From positions 4,908 through 68,907 of the forward strand of contig MENI01000097.1 in assembly GCA_001768195.1 (NCBI GenBank): a stretch of DNA of 64,000 nt. Reading direction: 5' to 3'. The DNA is from Bacteroidetes bacterium GWA2_40_15 (GTDB lineage Bacteria > Bacteroidota > Bacteroidia > Bacteroidales > VadinHA17). Position numbers and translations under genes: made by a program. The notes under the pieces are model-generated. The model saw only the letters and a list, made by a program, of their open reading frames with translations. It was not told where the DNA came from and searched no databases. Each line of letters begins with the position of its first letter. Position 1 is the stretch's first letter. Below, piece after piece: positions 37,551-46,868 of the stretch.

Positions 37551-39965
37551 ATGACTGCAGGGAATTATATTAAAGCAAAACTGAATAAGCATATTCCGGC
37601 TATAGGCTGGTTGCATGAGTATTCACCGGGAATCCTTGGCAAAGATGCAGTTGCAGGAGTTACTCTTGCTGCCTATGCAATACCTGTATCGCTGGCTTAT
37701 GCAACTCTGGCAGGATTGCCTCCGCAGTACGGGGTGTATGGTTATCTTATCGGAGGCTTGTTTTATGCAATGCTCGGCACCGGAAAACAGCTTGCTGTCG
37801 GACCCACATCTGCAATATCAATGCTTATCGGAGTAACGCTAGCCGGATTTGCTGAAGGTGATGTTCAGCGATGGATTGATCTGGCATCATTGTCAGCACT
37901 GTTGTTAGCGGTAATGAGCGTTATGGCATACTTCCTCCGGTTAAGCAGTATAATTAATTTTATAAGCGAAACTGTTCTGGTAGGATTTAAAGCCGGTGCA
38001 GCAATATTGATCGGACTTACACAGTTACCCAAACTTTTTGGTGTGGCAGGTGGCGGTGAATCATTTTTTGGCCGTCTGGCAGCCCTGATAACTCAATTGC
38101 CTGATACCAACCTGGTTGTTCTGATATTTGGCATTGCGGCAATTATTTTTATGATCGCCGGCAATAAGCTTCTGCCTGGCAAACCGGTAGCAATAATTGT
38201 GGTTGTGATATCTATTCTTATTATTTCATTTTCCCCGCTTGGTTCCATGGGTTTCAAAACTGTTGGGATAATTCCTGCAGGATTGCCTGATTTCCGTCTC
38301 CCTGATCTGAATTCAGATCATATCCTGGATGATATTATGAATATTCTTCCTCTGGCATTTGCATCTTTCCTGCTTGCCTACATCGAAAGTGTATCCGCAG
38401 CAAAAACACTGGCTCAGAAAAACGGGTATGAAATCGATCCGGGACAGGAGCTTCTATCCCTTGGTGTGGCAAACCTTGCAACATCACTGGGTCAGGGTTA
38501 TCCGGTAAGCGGAGGTTTATCGCAATCTGCTGTCAATGAAAAAGCTGGTGCCAAAACACCAATTTCACTTGTCATTGCATCTGTTACAATAGGAATTTGT
38601 CTTTTATTTCTGACCGGCTTACTGAAAAACCTCCCATCTGTTGTACTGGCTGCAATTGTTATTGTTGCTATTAAGGGACTGGTGGACATCAAAGAGATGA
38701 AGCGGATGTACAGGGTCAACCGGTTTGATTTTATTATTGCAATGATAGCGCTTGTGGCTGTAATTGTATTTGGTATTCTTAAGGGAGTACTCATTGCTGC
38801 CTTGTTTTCTCTGATTCTTATAATCAGGGCTGTATCGGGCCCTCATATTGCTTTTCTTGGAAGGATACCAGGTACTAACAGGTACACCGATATAAAGAGG
38901 CATCCTGATAATGAACTGATACCCGGAATCCTTTTATTCAGGGTAGAAGCCAGTTTGTTTTATTTCAATACGGCATTTATTTACAGGACAGTCTGGGCAA
39001 AAATAAAGGAATCAAATGACTCGCTTAAGACTGTTATTTTCGATTTAAGCACTTCAGCGTATATTGATTCCAGCGGTGCCAGGCTTATAAAAAGGTTACA
39101 TGAAAATCTGTCGGCCCGTGGAATTGACTTAAAGGTATCAGAGGCTCATTCAGGAGTACGTGACCGGCTGAGACTTGAAGAGATTGAGCACCTGCTGGGG
39201 CATGTCAGCCGACGTGATACATTACACGACATGATTGTTACTGCAATCGGAGAGGTTGAGCCCGATATCAAAAAAGCCCCGGTCAAGCCTGCCAAGCTGC
39301 TTCCTCCGGAGATAATTACACAAATTATACTGGGGAATAATTATTTCACACAGACACATCCAAAGGAGTATTTCGAGAGCTTTAGCTATGAGCAGAAACC
39401 CTATATAACCCTGGTAACATGTTGTGATTCCAGAGTCCCTCTAAATTCCCTGCTGCCCGATACATCGAACAGGGTATTCGCGATAAAGAATATCGGTAAC
39501 CAGATACTTTCAACAGAAGGATCTGTTGACTACGGAATATATCATCTGAAAACACCAATTTTATTTTTCCTGGGGCATTCCGATTGCGGGGCAATAAGGG
39601 CATTCCTGAAAGGGTTTGAAGATGAGTCATATAATATAAAACATGAACTTGATTTTCTTAAGCCTTCCATAATAGAACAGGATATACAGGATTTTGAAAA
39701 GCTCCAGTCAATTATTATTGAGAAGAACCTCGATTACCAGGTGAATATTGCCTGCAAAAAGTACAGGGAGCAGATTCAGTCGGGCGATCTTATTGTAATG
39801 GCAGGGACCTACGATTTCAAAGGAGAATATGGAAAGGGAATGGGTGATATAGTAATAGTGAATGTCAATAAGATCAAAGATGTTGAGCAGCTTCACAACA
39901 TGTCATTATTCGAGTATCTTTCGAAAGCCCAGAAAGAGTTGCACATCGGCAGGCTGCCGGTATAA
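37551..39965 (+). CDS. SulP-family anion transporter with STAS domain fused to a beta-carbonic anhydrase domain
   Basis: 804 aa. SulP N-terminus (AGVTLAAYAIPVSLAYATLAGLPPQYG), a STAS region (~aa 460-560) and C-terminal beta-CA motifs CCDSRVP and GHSDCGA. Confidence 0.8.
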   Translation: MTAGNYIKAKLNKHIPAIGWLHEYSPGILGKDAVAGVTLAAYAIPVSLAYATLAGLPPQYGVYGYLIGGLFYAMLGTGKQLAVGPTSAISMLIGVTLAGFAEGDVQRWIDLASLSALLLAVMSVMAYFLRLSSIINFISETVLVGFKAGAAILIGLTQLPKLFGVAGGGESFFGRLAALITQLPDTNLVVLIFGIAAIIFMIAGNKLLPGKPVAIIVVVISILIISFSPLGSMGFKTVGIIPAGLPDFRLPDLNSDHILDDIMNILPLAFASFLLAYIESVSAAKTLAQKNGYEIDPGQELLSLGVANLATSLGQGYPVSGGLSQSAVNEKAGAKTPISLVIASVTIGICLLFLTGLLKNLPSVVLAAIVIVAIKGLVDIKEMKRMYRVNRFDFIIAMIALVAVIVFGILKGVLIAALFSLILIIRAVSGPHIAFLGRIPGTNRYTDIKRHPDNELIPGILLFRVEASLFYFNTAFIYRTVWAKIKESNDSLKTVIFDLSTSAYIDSSGARLIKRLHENLSARGIDLKVSEAHSGVRDRLRLEEIEHLLGHVSRRDTLHDMIVTAIGEVEPDIKKAPVKPAKLLPPEIITQIILGNNYFTQTHPKEYFESFSYEQKPYITLVTCCDSRVPLNSLLPDTSNRVFAIKNIGNQILSTEGSVDYGIYHLKTPILFFLGHSDCGAIRAFLKGFEDESYNIKHELDFLKPSIIEQDIQDFEKLQSIIIEKNLDYQVNIACKKYREQIQSGDLIVMAGTYDFKGEYGKGMGDIVIVNVNKIKDVEQLHNMSLFEYLSKAQKELHIGRLPV

Positions 39966-39981
39966 AAACAACCGGGTTTCT

Positions 39982-40281
39982 TTAGAATTCCGTTTCATAG
40001 AAACTGAGCCTGTTTTTAAGCAGTCTGATCTCATCCTGCATCAGGTCAATACGCTTTAACAGATGGATTATTGTTTCAATACCTTCCAGGTTAATATCCA
40101 ACTCGTAATAAAAACTAATGCACTTTTCTAATTTCTGAAGCTGCAGGGCATCAATAAACCCTTTTTCTTCGATGGTTTTAATTTCTATTACACCGTTTTG
40201 TTCCAATGAACTGATAAATGAAACTTCAATGTTGTTATTGGTACAATACTCATCTACTTCTATTAAATAATCTGTTTGCAT
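39982..40281 (-). CDS. cbpM: chaperone modulatory protein CbpM-like
   Basis: 99 aa, immediately downstream of the DnaJ-like cbpA. The MerR-like fold pattern and C-terminal coiled coil are typical of CbpM. Confidence 0.65.
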   Translation of the reverse strand: MQTDYLIEVDEYCTNNNIEVSFISSLEQNGVIEIKTIEEKGFIDALQLQKLEKCISFYYELDINLEGIETIIHLLKRIDLMQDEIRLLKNRLSFYETEF

Positions 40282-40298
40282 TATTTCTGTACACTAAA

Positions 40299-41186
40299 TT
40301 ACAATCCTGACAATTCTGTAAATAATTCTTTTTGCTTATCCGTTAGATTCGTTGGGATTTTAATTGTATAGGTTACAATTAAATCTCCAAAATGCCCTTC
40401 ATTTTTATAAACAGGAAATCCCATTCCCTTTAATTTAATCATGCATCCATTTTGTGTTTCTGGCTTTACTTTCAGTTTTACCTTTCCTTTTAATGTATCA
40501 ATTGTAATTTCACCTCCCAATATGGCTTTGAATAAATCCAAATCAACTTTTATATATAAATCACTTCCCAAACGTTTAATATCTGATTGATTTGTTATTG
40601 AAAATGTAATATATAAATCACCATTTGGTCCGCCATTTACTCCAGGCCCCCCATGTGCGGAAATTTTAATTGTCTGACCATTTTCAATTCCTGCAGGAAT
40701 AGTTATCCGTATGGTTTTCCCGTTTACTGTTAAGGTTTGTTTATGGGTTTTATAGGCCTGCCTGAGATCGAGCTTTAATCCAGCATTAAAGTCTTTGCCT
40801 CTGTATTTAACGTGGCTGCTCCTTCCGGCACCTGCTGATCCACCAAACAAGGATTCAAAAAAATCGGAAAAATCCCCTTCCATCTGAGTACCGGAGTAAT
40901 CTGGGTGCTGATAATCTGATGTTTGTTCCTGATATTGTTTCGCTTTTTCAAATTCTTCAGCATGCTTCCAGTCCTTGCCGTACTGGTCGTATTTCTTGCG
41001 TTTCACGGGGTCACTCAATACTTCATTCGCCTCATTGATCTGCTGAAAATTCTTTTTTGCCTCCTTATCATTAGGATTTAAATCGGGATGATACTTTCTG
41101 GCTAATTTCCTATAGGCACTTTTAACGTCCTTTGCTGTGGCCGTTTTATTTAAACCTAAAATTTTGTAATAGTCTAAGAAAATCAT
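40299..41186 (-). CDS. cbpA: DnaJ-class curved-DNA-binding co-chaperone CbpA
   Basis: J domain YYKILGL..AYRKLARKYHPDLNP. No zinc-finger region. DnaJ C-terminal domains present. Confidence 0.85.
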   Translation of the reverse strand: MIFLDYYKILGLNKTATAKDVKSAYRKLARKYHPDLNPNDKEAKKNFQQINEANEVLSDPVKRKKYDQYGKDWKHAEEFEKAKQYQEQTSDYQHPDYSGTQMEGDFSDFFESLFGGSAGAGRSSHVKYRGKDFNAGLKLDLRQAYKTHKQTLTVNGKTIRITIPAGIENGQTIKISAHGGPGVNGGPNGDLYITFSITNQSDIKRLGSDLYIKVDLDLFKAILGGEITIDTLKGKVKLKVKPETQNGCMIKLKGMGFPVYKNEGHFGDLIVTYTIKIPTNLTDKQKELFTELSGL

Positions 41187-41691
41187 GTTTCTATTTCATA
41201 AACTGAAAAGGCTTTCCAGGGTTTTCGTTCACAGGTAATGGGGACTTACCCCAGGTCTCCCGCTTTGCGGGATCGGGGGCAATGCATAACAGATAGTTTT
41301 TATCTCTTAATTTTTATTATTAACCGTTAAGTTCCTAAATGCTTCTCCAAGTGCATCCATGTCGTTATTAAATTCACGCTTAAATGATTCCCAATTACTT
41401 TGACTCTTTTCATATGCATACAACTTTACTCTCAAATCCTTGTTTTGTTGTTCAAGAGTTGTAATGTTTTTAATGTTTAGAAATATTTGTTTTGATTTAC
41501 CTTGCTATTTTAAAGTATTAAGGCAGCAAAGGTCGTCTCAAATGTCTCAATAACCATTACAAAACCTTTAAGAAGAATTACCTAATTCACACAGTTTGTA
41601 TTGTGTAAATAAGAATCAGGAGAAATTGATTTAACACTAAACCTGATATCAGGTTAGGATTTTGAAATTCCTGGTTGTCCGGTAATGATAG

Positions 41692-42027
41692 TTATACGAT
41701 TATTACCGAATTTTCAGTTTGAAATTCGTTTGGAACAAGCTTATCCGCTTCTTTCTCATTCAGCCAGGAGTTTCCGTCTATGAGATACTTAAACTGGTAT
41801 TCCTTGCCTTTTTGCAGGGCAACAGTGACAGTATACTCACCGCCCTTGAGTTTTTTCATCGGAATACTATCTGTGTTCCAGTGATTAAAATCTCCTGCCA
41901 GGTTAACTTTTCTGGCAGAATTGACAATGTCTTTTGTCAGTTTGAATGTTACTTTACAAACCGGCTTTGTCTCGAAGAATTGTTTTTTCAGGCTCATAAT
42001 AATCTCTTTTAGTTTATACTGTTTCAC
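41692..42027 (-). CDS. stand-alone CBM48/AMPK-beta-type glycogen-binding domain protein
   Basis: VNLAGDFNHWN..YQFKYLIDGNSW pattern. The track start at 42027 is a GTG overlapping the upstream stop. An alternative ATG is at 41997. Confidence 0.65.
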   Translation of the reverse strand: MKQYKLKEIIMSLKKQFFETKPVCKVTFKLTKDIVNSARKVNLAGDFNHWNTDSIPMKKLKGGEYTVTVALQKGKEYQFKYLIDGNSWLNEKEADKLVPNEFQTENSVIIV

Positions 42028-43331
42028 TAACCTGCCTTACGGCCGGCTACATGATAATAAATCTCTTTCACTTTTTCGGCAGCTCTTATCCATCTTAAAT
42101 CGTTTACTTCCTTATTACCGTTCTTTACCATGTATTTTCCAAGTGAAGGATAATTCAGTATTCCATAAATAGCATCCGACATGGCATCAATATCCCAGAA
42201 ATCGACTTTTATGGCATGAGTAATTACCTCTGATACACCTGATTGCTTCGATATGATTACCGGGACATTATTCTGTATTGCTTCTAATGTTGAAATTCCA
42301 AATGGTTCGGAAACTGATGGCATAACATATAAATCACTCATTGCGTACATCCTTGTGACATCATCGCCTTTCAGGAATCCGGTAAAGTGAAACCTGTCTG
42401 CAATTTTTAACCTGGCCGCACATTTGATCATATCTTCCATCATTTCTCCGCTGCCGGCCATCACAAACCTGACATTATCCATCTTCTGCAGAACTTTATA
42501 AGCAGACTTTACAAAAAATTCGGGGCCTTTCTGTTTTGTGATCCTTCCCAGGAATGTGACTATTTTATCATTTGTTCCCTTCTCCTGTGATTTTCTGAGA
42601 GGATTATTGATGGCTGAATCCACGGCATTATGTACAGTTATGATTTTTGATGGGTTTATGTTATAATTCCTGATTACTATATTGCGTGTAAAATCGCTCA
42701 CTGTTATTATCTTATCAGCTATCTCCATACCTTTTTGTTCAATTTCATATACATTTCTATTAGGATTTTCACCGCTTCGGTCAAATTCTGTAGAATGTAC
42801 ATGAACAATAAGAGAATTCCCCGACGCTTTTTTTGCTGCAATACCTGCCGGGTATGTCAGCCAGTCATGGGCATGGACTACATCATGCGGTTCACGTCTT
42901 GCAATTTCAGAAGCTACAACTGCATACCGGGATATTTCATTGAACAGGCTTGATCCGTATTTCCCTGCAAATTCCAGTTTGCCGGAAGAGATGGTTTTTT
43001 CCCCTTTACCAATAACCAGTCTCGTTTTTTTTTCTAAAAGCTTTTTATATTGTTTTGGAGTTATGTAAGCAGAAATCTGTTCTTCAGAATAATGAGGTTT
43101 TCTCATTTCCAGTAGCCTCTGTTTTAACAATGTTTTTCCTGAAAGTTCAACATCTCCTGCGCCGATAAGTTTAATACCATTTTTGTCTTCATTACCGTAA
43201 ACTTTAGGAACGACAAAAGTCATATCAACACCACCTAATGAGGCTAATCCTTTCGATAGGCCGTAACAGGCTGTACCCAAACCACCTGATATATTAGGAG
43301 GAAACTCCCATCCAAACATGAGTACTTTCAT
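42027..43331 (-). CDS. glycogen-synthase-like GT-B glycosyltransferase (archaeal-type GT5/GT4)
   Basis: 434 aa. N-terminal MKVLMFGWEFPPNISGGLG and C-terminal E-x7-E-like SEPFGISTLEA. Confidence 0.7.
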   Translation of the reverse strand: MKVLMFGWEFPPNISGGLGTACYGLSKGLASLGGVDMTFVVPKVYGNEDKNGIKLIGAGDVELSGKTLLKQRLLEMRKPHYSEEQISAYITPKQYKKLLEKKTRLVIGKGEKTISSGKLEFAGKYGSSLFNEISRYAVVASEIARREPHDVVHAHDWLTYPAGIAAKKASGNSLIVHVHSTEFDRSGENPNRNVYEIEQKGMEIADKIITVSDFTRNIVIRNYNINPSKIITVHNAVDSAINNPLRKSQEKGTNDKIVTFLGRITKQKGPEFFVKSAYKVLQKMDNVRFVMAGSGEMMEDMIKCAARLKIADRFHFTGFLKGDDVTRMYAMSDLYVMPSVSEPFGISTLEAIQNNVPVIISKQSGVSEVITHAIKVDFWDIDAMSDAIYGILNYPSLGKYMVKNGNKEVNDLRWIRAAEKVKEIYYHVAGRKAG

Positions 43332-43515
43332 GAGGCAAGAATTGGACTAAGAATTTTGATGAAAAGGTAGAATTTATAACCAGGAAATGCGTTACACAAT
43401 TCTGCGGAAAATTTACATAATTCACATATTTCCGGAAATAGCGGATGTGAACAGATAGGATTACCTGATTATATAACTCAGCATTATGCTTAACCAATTA
43501 TCAATATATCTTGCC

Positions 43516-43725
43516 CTATAGTTTTGCTTCCCTCATGATGCTGCCTGAACTTTTAAACCATAATGAGTGAAGTTTTGTCAGCTCTCGTAATATTTTATCC
43601 TGAATCAGATGACTTCCCTCGAAATTGCGGAGTATTCGGATCTCATCAATGACAATCTTGCGTCGGCACTGATGAGCTTTTGATTTTAAAAGGTTAGGTG
43701 TTCTCATATTGCAAAGATAGGTCAC
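43516..43725 (-). CDS. hypothetical small protein (doubtful)
   Basis: The only ORF in a 570-nt gap. No family recognised. Confidence 0.2.
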   Translation of the reverse strand: MTYLCNMRTPNLLKSKAHQCRRKIVIDEIRILRNFEGSHLIQDKILRELTKLHSLWFKSSGSIMREAKL

Positions 43726-43921
43726 CTCATCAGGGGAACTCTTACAAAATTCTGATTATAAGTTACATCATTCATACAATTACAAAGTGAAAAAATACCA
43801 AATCCCCCCCTTAATAATCCTGCAGGGAGTGTCATCAGAAAAAAATTAGTTATTATGACTCAGTCAGGTTCCGGATTTTCATATTTTAATTTGGTATCTT
43901 TTGAGGATCAATTCTTTTATT

Positions 43922-46081
43922 ATGGACAGAAGAGATTTTATAAGAACAACAGCATTTACGGGGGCTTATGCAATCAGCACACCTTCATTATTTGAGAGAA
44001 TGATAATACTTCCGGATGAAACCTGGTTCAACCGGCCGATGCGGTGGGCGCAACTGACACTGGTGGAAAATGATCCCGGTCAGTTTGATCCTGATTTCTG
44101 GCTCAGCTATTTCAAACGTGTTCATGCAGACGGAGCCACATTGAGCGCAGGAGGTATTGTTGCGTATTATCCCACTGAAATTAAATTCCATCATCGAAGC
44201 ACCTTTCTTGGCAGCATGGATCCATTTGGCTATCTTTTAAAGGGATGCCGCGATATGAATATGTCGGTGATTGCCCGTAGCGATCCGCATGCAACATGGC
44301 AAAATGTATATGAGGCCCATCCTGACTGGATTGCAGTTAACAATAAAGGTGAGAAACGGCGTCACTGGGCGAACCCGGAGCTGTGGGTGACATGCGCCCT
44401 TGGGCCTTATAACTTCGAGTTCATGACCATGGTACATAAGGAGATAATGGAGATGTACCAGCCAGATGGCATATTTTCAAATCGCTGGGCCGGACATGGT
44501 ATTTGCTACTGCGAACACTGCATTAATAACTTCAGAGAGTATTCAGGCAGTGATCTGCCGGTGAGTGCTGACAGCTTTGATCCTGTTTATCAGAAATACA
44601 TGGAATGGAGCACAGGCAGGCTCAAGGAGCTTTGGCTGCTGTGGGATGATATCATCCGCAAACAGAAACCAACTTCACGATTTATCCCGAACGGTTTTCC
44701 TGACAAGGTTATAACCGGGCAGCTTTCAGATATAGTATTCACCGACCATCAGGCAAGGAGCGGGTATGAATTGCCATGGTCGAATGGAAGAGTTGCCAAA
44801 GAGCTGCGCGCATCAATAGGAATGAAACCCCTCGGAGGCATATTCAGCGTTGGGCTCGAGGAGCAATACAGGTGGAAAGACTCTGTGCAGACTGAAGCAG
44901 AAATAAGAACCTGGGTTGCAGAAGGTGTCGCCAATGGGATGCGTCCATGGTTTACAAAATTTTCCGGTGTGCTCTATGACAAAAGATGGCTCGATCCGGT
45001 TGAAAAAATCTATGAAGTTCTTTACAGGAATGAAAAATACCTGAGAAATATTAAGCCACTTGCACGTGTCGGCCTTGTTTTCCAGGAACAGAAAAAAAAC
45101 TATGGCAATGAGAAATGGCAACAAAGAAGCGGTGATCATTCCTCAGGCATGTACCATGCTCTGATTGAGGCACGAATACCATTTGAAATGGTTAATGACA
45201 GGCTGCTGGGTCAGGAATATCTTCAGCCGTACCGGTTACTTATTCTGCCCAACATAGCCCAACTGTCTGAAGAACAGTGCGGACACCTGCGTGAATTCGT
45301 CGGAAAGGGTGGTAGTCTTATGGCTACTTTTGAGACATCACTTTATGATAAAGAAGGTAAAAGAAGATCAGATTTTGGTCTTTCTGATCTGTTTGGCGCT
45401 TCCTTTGACAATGGAACTGAGGGTCCGATGCAGAACAGTTATCTGCGGCTTAAAAAGGATCCTGCATCGGAGAAGTTCCACCCTGTGCTGGCCGGACTGG
45501 AAGATGCCTACAGGATAATAAATACCATTTACAGAGTGAAGGTTAAACCGCTGGCTTCTCTTCCTTCTCCCATAACTCTGATACCAACATATCCGGATCT
45601 GCCTATGGAACACGTATTTCCTCTGATAACCGGTACTGATATCCGTGAATTGTATCTTAATGACACAGGGAAAGGAAGAGTAGCCTATTTTCCGGGAGAT
45701 ATTGACAGAACATTCTGGCAGGTCATGTGTGCTGACCATGGAAGATTATTAGGTAATACAATTAGATGGGCTTTGAATGAAGAGCCTGTTGTTGAGGTAA
45801 AGGGTTCCGGAGTTATAGATGTCACAGCCTGGCAACAAAAAGATTCGATGACTATACATCTCGTTAATCTCACCAATCCGATGATGATGAAAGGCCCCTT
45901 CCGTGAACTGTTACCCATATCAGCCGAGGCAATAGTTAAGATTCCGGATAAAATAAAAGTGTATGGAGTACACTTATTAGTAAGGGGGCAAAAAATCCCG
46001 TTTAAGATCGAAGATAATAAGATCAGCCTTTCTATTCCCTCGATTCCGGATCATGAGATCATCGGCATAGATTTCAAATAA
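43922..46081 (+). CDS. Tat-signal GH42-like beta-galactosidase-family protein (TIM barrel plus trimerisation-like domain)
   Basis: The ATG at 43922 gives MDRRDFIRTTAFTGAYAIS (twin-arginine). The layout resembles beta-galactosidase trimerisation-domain proteins. The family call is tentative. Confidence 0.5.
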   Translation: MDRRDFIRTTAFTGAYAISTPSLFERMIILPDETWFNRPMRWAQLTLVENDPGQFDPDFWLSYFKRVHADGATLSAGGIVAYYPTEIKFHHRSTFLGSMDPFGYLLKGCRDMNMSVIARSDPHATWQNVYEAHPDWIAVNNKGEKRRHWANPELWVTCALGPYNFEFMTMVHKEIMEMYQPDGIFSNRWAGHGICYCEHCINNFREYSGSDLPVSADSFDPVYQKYMEWSTGRLKELWLLWDDIIRKQKPTSRFIPNGFPDKVITGQLSDIVFTDHQARSGYELPWSNGRVAKELRASIGMKPLGGIFSVGLEEQYRWKDSVQTEAEIRTWVAEGVANGMRPWFTKFSGVLYDKRWLDPVEKIYEVLYRNEKYLRNIKPLARVGLVFQEQKKNYGNEKWQQRSGDHSSGMYHALIEARIPFEMVNDRLLGQEYLQPYRLLILPNIAQLSEEQCGHLREFVGKGGSLMATFETSLYDKEGKRRSDFGLSDLFGASFDNGTEGPMQNSYLRLKKDPASEKFHPVLAGLEDAYRIINTIYRVKVKPLASLPSPITLIPTYPDLPMEHVFPLITGTDIRELYLNDTGKGRVAYFPGDIDRTFWQVMCADHGRLLGNTIRWALNEEPVVEVKGSGVIDVTAWQQKDSMTIHLVNLTNPMMMKGPFRELLPISAEAIVKIPDKIKVYGVHLLVRGQKIPFKIEDNKISLSIPSIPDHEIIGIDFK

Positions 46082-46283
46082 TGTTGCTCCACTCCACTCA
46101 ACAACAGGTAAGCCTGTCGTGAAATCTACAGGGTTCCAGCGATCTGGTTGTTGATGTGGGAATTATGCAATAGAAACTTAAAATTTTGTAACATTCTATC
46201 AGGAGATAAACTGAATCTTTACTTTTAAGTATAATCTGACTGACCATATGTGGCCATCATCCCCGGCTTTTGCAAACAGTATT

Positions 46284-46765
46284 ATGAAAAGACTACTCTT
46301 ATTAGTTACATACATTTTGGCATATGATGCAAATGCCCAAAATTACCTGATACCGGAAATTTATGCCCGGCAGGATGGCATGTGCCCACCGATGCAGAGT
46401 GGACAACGCTTGAAAACTACCTGATTGCCAGCGGGTATAATTATGATGGAACAACTTCCGGCAATAAATTAGCAAAGTCATCGGCATCAGTTGCCGGATG
46501 GGATTCTTCATCAAATACCGGAGCCGTTGGTAATACCGATTATAATGAAAAACGAAATGCGACTGGCTTTACAACTCTTCCCGGGGGCTACCGTGACGAA
46601 GATGGGACGTTCAATGATATTGGAAAAGACGGAGGCTGGTGGTCGGCTACAGCGACCGGAACTGAGTCAGCACGGGACCGTTGGTTGTACTACAGTGGCA
46701 GCAATGTAAACCGTGGCGTTTACAGTAAGAAAAATGGGTTTTCTGTTCGCTGTCTCAAGGACTGA
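46284..46765 (+). pseudogene. truncated and frameshifted FISUMP-domain (Fibrobacter succinogenes major paralogous domain) gene
   Basis: The signal peptide frame (ATG 46284, MKRLLLLVTYILAYDANAQ) stops at 46424. The FISUMP C-half (..CPAGWHVPTDAEW...GFSVRCLKD) is in another frame that opens at 46328, with only a GTG at 46382. About 100 aa of the N-half are missing relative to the intact paralogue at 62037-62768. Confidence 0.6.
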
Positions 46766-46868
46766 AAGGGTCAAAAGTCAATAAAGCTATTCCTTCAAAA
46801 TATATCTGTAGTTGTAAGAATAAGAGATATATTTTGATATATTTAAGGGTTTATAAAAAACCTCCGGA

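Noticed and set aside
41330-41505. A minus-strand coiled-coil-like frame (..NITTLEQQNKDLRVKLYAYEKSQSNWESFKREFNNDMDALGEAFRNLTVNNKN*) upstream of cbpA.
   Set aside because: There is no ATG, GTG or TTG start between the upstream in-frame TAG and the only internal Met near the end, and it is below the track threshold. It could be a gene remnant but I cannot support a call.
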